Shown one piece after another: positions 60,838 through 64,000 of a stretch of DNA of 64,000 nucleotides (the stretch's first letter is position 1; each line of letters starts with the position of its first letter). The DNA comes from a virus: the IMG/VR virus record IMGVR_UViG_3300005805_000044. One strand, given 5' to 3'. The notes below the pieces were generated by a model. It was not told the DNA's origin. It searched no databases and saw nothing but the letters and a program-made list of their open reading frames with translations. The position numbers and the translations under genes were made by a program.

Positions 60838-61565
60838 ACAGATATCCAATTCATATCTTTTGTGCGTGGCCATCTGTTTTCCATTCCAAATTTTACTTTT
60901 TCATTTTCAAAACAACTAGATATATCTTTTATCTCAAGATCATCATATGATACACATAATTTGTTGACAAAAAATCCATTAAATCCGCTTGGTTCACATC
61001 CAACAAATACGTATTGATGTTTTAGTAAATTAATGTATGCTTTTAATGAAGCCCCACAATAATTTGGTCCTTCATAACAATCATAATTCCACGCACAAAA
61101 ATTTTTGATATTGGGAATTGTTATGGATAAGTCTGGACCAATAATATCTTGATACTCCAATACAATAATTGAAGCGGTAAATAAACTTTTATCTATTATT
61201 TCTTTCAATATCCAATAATCAATGCCATCTATATCCAGAGAAAATACATCATAATGATCAACTAAATTGTTTTCTACAAATAAATTAGCAATATTATCAG
61301 TTTCTAATTGTTTTTGAATAAATCTGTATGTGCAATTGTTATAAAATTCATGATTAAAAGAATGATGATTGTCTATCATTACTCCTTTAAAATTTTTGTT
61401 TTTTATTAAATTGGCTGTATTACACTCTGTTCCATCATATACCCCAATTTCAATGCAATTTTTATTTATAGTATTACATCTCGACAGTAAATATTCTATG
61501 ATACCATCCTCCCCATTTTGAGAATATATTTTGTTATAACATTTATTTAACATAATATTATTCAC
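60834..61565 (-). CDS. FkbM-like methyltransferase
   Basis: YSQNGEDGII, IEIGVYDG.ECNT, SLDIDGIDYWI, GASL, GFNGFFV. Confidence 0.8.
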   Translation of the reverse strand: MNNIMLNKCYNKIYSQNGEDGIIEYLLSRCNTINKNCIEIGVYDGTECNTANLIKNKNFKGVMIDNHHSFNHEFYNNCTYRFIQKQLETDNIANLFVENNLVDHYDVFSLDIDGIDYWILKEIIDKSLFTASIIVLEYQDIIGPDLSITIPNIKNFCAWNYDCYEGPNYCGASLKAYINLLKHQYVFVGCEPSGFNGFFVNKLCVSYDDLEIKDISSCFENEKVKFGMENRWPRTKDMNWISV

Positions 61566-61989
61566 CAGCCATTTTGAGTCTTACACATCTTATAACTTTT
61601 CTTGCTCTTTTAGATGCCTTTTGGGTCATAAATGCACGACCAGTTCCTTTTTTATAAGGCGGGGTTTTTCCTTTAGAAGTGTATTGAGCAGAAGTTACAT
61701 CAAGAATTTTGTTATCTTCGTTTTGAAGCCACCAATGTGATATGCCTCTATCGTCTTCCGCTTGGTGAGGTTTGAAAGTTCCTCTGAGTTTGGTAGACTT
61801 TAATAGATGATATAAAGCCTCTGTTGCTACATAACAATGACCAAACATTGGATTAGTAGCATTTTCTTCCCTATACTTTGGTTCCAATAATTCTGGTTCT
61901 AAACAACTTTTTATCTTGGATATAAGCATAGAAACTGTTGGACTTTTTATTTCCAACAGCATATCAACTAAACTAATAGATCTAATCAT
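61558..61989 (-). CDS. Conserved phage protein with Cys-His-Asp (transglutaminase/papain-like) triad
   Basis: GHCYVATEA, SHWWL, ILDVT..QY. Confidence 0.6.
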   Translation of the reverse strand: MIRSISLVDMLLEIKSPTVSMLISKIKSCLEPELLEPKYREENATNPMFGHCYVATEALYHLLKSTKLRGTFKPHQAEDDRGISHWWLQNEDNKILDVTSAQYTSKGKTPPYKKGTGRAFMTQKASKRARKVIRCVRLKMAGE

Positions 61990-62020
61990 ATTAATAAATA
62001 GATCATATATTTTGTTTTAA

Positions 62021-62865
62021 GCGTGAGATTACCGCCTAAATTGTTGACCTTTAGTTGTATTATACCTATCTTGCGGACAGGCTTCCCAACTTATCCACGA
62101 TTACGACTTGCGCCTATAATCGTATCCAACATGACTGCCTTTTTAGGGTTGTGGCTTATCAACCTTAACCTAGAACTATTCAACCTTCATCCATCCGTCT
62201 GCCTTCGACAGCAGTTAAGTCTTGCGGACACCGTTCAGACTCCGATTAACAACTAGTGTCTTGCGGACATTTCGTTGTCTGTGTTATCTTTCGACCACAG
62301 AGTTAAGTCACTTTCATCCTAGACAAACAACGACTTTGCGTTTTTGTATATATGAACTGGATTTGAACCAGCAACACATAGCTTTACATAGCTATTACTC
62401 TACCATTGAGTTATCATGCACCTAACAATGACGTGCGTTGTTTGTCGTTTCATATCCTTTTGGGATACAATATGCGACACGCCATTTGTGTTTCTCTTGC
62501 GGATACTTCACCGATTTTCAAGATTAAGTCCCTTGGTTGGCCTTTGGTCCTCTTTCTATCAATCTACATACGAGCATTTGATTGCGGTCTCACACCCGTA
62601 TCTTTGGCTTAAATCTTAATCTTGGATGTTTTGCTGTGAGCAGTGGTCGGCGGCGCCGTTACCGAATGTATGCCAGTGTTACCCACACACACTCTTTTTC
62701 TCACCATCGTCAGACATACCTCCACCTTTTGGATGAAGGTCACAGACTTTGCCATTTGCTTGAGTGTCCTAGTTGCCCAGGCGAGGATCCGTTAGGGGAT
62801 TACCTCTTTCATGAATATTACTACTCACTATCTTATATGGAGTTCAAGCACCCCAAATCTTTTTA
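62021..62865 (-). ncRNA. Large ornate ncRNA, GOLLD-like (~850 nt)
   Basis: No minus-strand ORF; GC-richer than flanks; recurrent GUCC-GCAA-GAC and other GNRA hairpins; next to a tRNA cluster; embedded tRNA-like domain; ends are approximate. Confidence 0.75.
62348..62420 (-). tRNA. Degenerate tRNA-like domain embedded in the large ncRNA (8-nt loop TATGTAAA, no CCA)
   Basis: Canonical D-arm ACTC-AATGGTA-GAGT and T-arm GCTGG-TTCAAAT-CCAGT; imperfect acceptor stem. Confidence 0.7.
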
Positions 62866-62878
62866 CTTACAAAGAACG
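62866..62878 (-). promoter_or_regulatory. boxA-like antitermination element CGTTCTTTGTAAG
   Basis: Matches the rrn boxA core (Y)GYTCTTT; lies between a hairpin leader and the ncRNA. Confidence 0.5.
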
Positions 62879-62955
62879 TTTGATGGATTCGGTTCCTAGT
62901 CACTCTTTTAAGTTGAGCTACAGTCTCAACTCCATCTAAATCTTATTGTTCATAC

Positions 62956-62984
62956 ATCTTATGACCGTCTTTCGGTTTTGTCAA
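62956..62984 (-). promoter_or_regulatory. Sigma70 promoter P2, TTGACA-N17-TAAGAT
   Basis: Consensus -35, 17-nt spacer. Confidence 0.85.
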
Positions 62985-63045
62985 CAACTTTTTGAATCTT
63001 TTTTCGATTCGTTCGTTGTTGAAATACGAACTTGATTGTCTTTAT

Positions 63046-63074
63046 ACTCTACATCAACAATCACTTTGTGTCAA
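63046..63074 (-). promoter_or_regulatory. Sigma70 promoter P1, TTGACA-N17-TAGAGT
   Basis: Consensus -35, 17-nt spacer. Confidence 0.75.
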
Positions 63075-63088
63075 CTACTTTCTTAAAG

Positions 63089-63166
63089 TGGCACACCCGG
63101 CAGGATTCGAACCTGCAATCTTCTCGTTAGAATCGAGTTGCTTTAGTCCAGTTTAGCTACGAGTGC
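63089..63166 (-). tRNA. tRNA-Arg(TCT)
   Basis: Loop ATTCTAA, CCA. Confidence 0.9.
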
Positions 63167-63173
63167 ATTAAAA

Positions 63174-63250
63174 TGGTAGGGTAGAGGAGATTCGAACTCC
63201 TGACCTTCTGTGTGTAAAACAGACGCTCTCCCGAATTGAGCTACCACCCC
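63174..63250 (-). tRNA. tRNA-Val(TAC)
   Basis: Loop TTTACAC, CCA. Confidence 0.92.
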
Positions 63251-63261
63251 GTTATATAAAA

Positions 63262-63335
63262 TGGTAGGCAATCACGGTTCCGCCCCGTGGTCTTTCGATT
63301 ATCAGTCGAATGCTCTACTATTGAGCTAAATGCCT
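63262..63335 (-). tRNA. tRNA-Ile(GAT), atypical T-loop
   Basis: Loop CTGATAA, T-loop GGCGGAA, CCA. Confidence 0.85.
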
Positions 63336-63342
63336 ATTGAAA

Positions 63343-63419
63343 TGGCGGGACTGGTGGGATTTGAACCCAACTTTCTTACCGTGACAGGGTAAGCGATGAT
63401 GCCATTCTCTTACAATCCC
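63343..63419 (-). tRNA. tRNA-Asp(GTC)
   Basis: Loop CTGTCAC, G73, CCA; weak D-stem. Confidence 0.87.
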
Positions 63420-63510
63420 AAAAAATTGGTGCTGTGCTCTCCACGCCGTCTCTGTGTTTTACCAAATCTACCGGTCGGCAGTCACTTATGGGGTCAGTTA
63501 CCCATTAAAT

Positions 63511-63585
63511 TGGTAGGGCTCTACGGTAACGATCCGTATTCTACTGGTTAAAAGCCAGTTGCTTCACCGTTAAAGCTTGAACCCC
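63511..63585 (-). tRNA. tRNA-Lys(TTT), atypical T-loop
   Basis: Loop CTTTTAA, T-loop ATCGTTA, CCA. Confidence 0.85.
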
Positions 63586-63593
63586 ATTGAAAT

Positions 63594-63709
63594 TGGTGAT
63601 CTAGGTATGGACTTTAACCATACATTCACTGCTTTCGTTTCGGATTGATTACCGTATCCAGCAGCCCTGCGTTTAAATTTCGCCCGATCTTGCGTTGATC
63701 TACTAGATC
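63594..63709 (-). ncRNA. Expanded tRNA-like RNA (extra hairpin plus enlarged anticodon arm)
   Basis: GATCTAG/CTAGATC-A-CCA; T-arm GTATGG-TTAAAGT-CCATAC; CTGCT/AGCAG arm enclosing about 26 nt. Confidence 0.6.
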
Positions 63710-63718
63710 ATCATAAAT

Positions 63719-63796
63719 TGGTGGACCGGGTGGGATTTGAACCCACAACCTTTCGGGTAAGAGCCGAATACTCTAATCCAGTTGAGTTACCGATCC
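63719..63796 (-). tRNA. tRNA-Lys(CTT)
   Basis: Loop CTCTTAC, canonical T-loop, CCA. Confidence 0.92.
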
Positions 63797-63923
63797 ATAA
63801 ATTAACTTGAGCGGGATATCTCGTAGTTATGAGACCATTACGGATTTTTTATACCCGGAAAAAAAGAATATCTTCTTTAGATCCTTATGGAACCGATTGA
63901 ATCTTTCATACGCCACTCAAAAT

Positions 63924-64000
63924 TGGTGGAAGTGGTGGGTACTGCCCCCACACGAATATTCTGATTAAGAGTCAGATGCCCGTCTATTGTAGCTTCACTT
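63924..64000 (-). tRNA. tRNA-Lys(CTT), atypical, 5' end cut by window edge
   Basis: Loop CTCTTAA, T-loop GGCAGTA, CCA. Confidence 0.78.

Noticed and set aside
62021-62865. rRNA fragment, RNase P RNA or group I/II intron
   Set aside because: I found no rRNA universal motifs, RNase P P4 signature or intron core elements, and no interrupted host gene
62023-62899. Five short plus-strand ORFs
   Set aside because: Antisense to the large ncRNA; mutually overlapping, with no protein-like features

Overview
64-kb segment of a large, AT-rich tailed-phage genome (contractile-tailed, T4/jumbo-myovirus-like). Nearly everything is on the minus strand and the genetic code is standard. In window order: a flavodoxin-like gene, a 1323-aa tail sheath, an Mre11-Rad50 (SbcD-SbcC) fusion, primase, a RuvC-like resolvase, a five-gene glycosyltransferase operon next to Pro/Thr mucin-like virion proteins, the baseplate/spike module, a gp55-like sigma factor, Hsp20, tail-fibre genes (one with a Hint domain, one with an S74 chaperone), PhoH, a tmRNA, 21 tRNAs in three clusters, several expanded tRNA-like RNAs, an outer-membrane beta-barrel, a PVC-type prepilin-like protein, methyltransferases and a ~850-nt GOLLD-like RNA with an embedded tRNA-like domain. 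Host-derived genes point to Verrucomicrobiota (inference). The best candidate for an undescribed system is at 51422-51543. A 17-codon leader peptide (MILSSQPSLVSQAPSGY) sits in a classic 1:2/2:3/3:4 attenuator directly upstream of the tRNA array, and 13 consecutive codons call for exactly the amino acids whose tRNAs lie downstream. This looks like a ribosome-stalling sensor that switches on phage tRNA supply when those tRNAs run short. Other strong leads: a GT60-initiated virion O-glycosylation pathway, an rrn-like P1/P2+boxA leader on the GOLLD-like RNA, and a TATTTAT(A/T) late-promoter motif that would give near-leaderless mRNAs. All coordinates and folds were read by eye; no searches were run.
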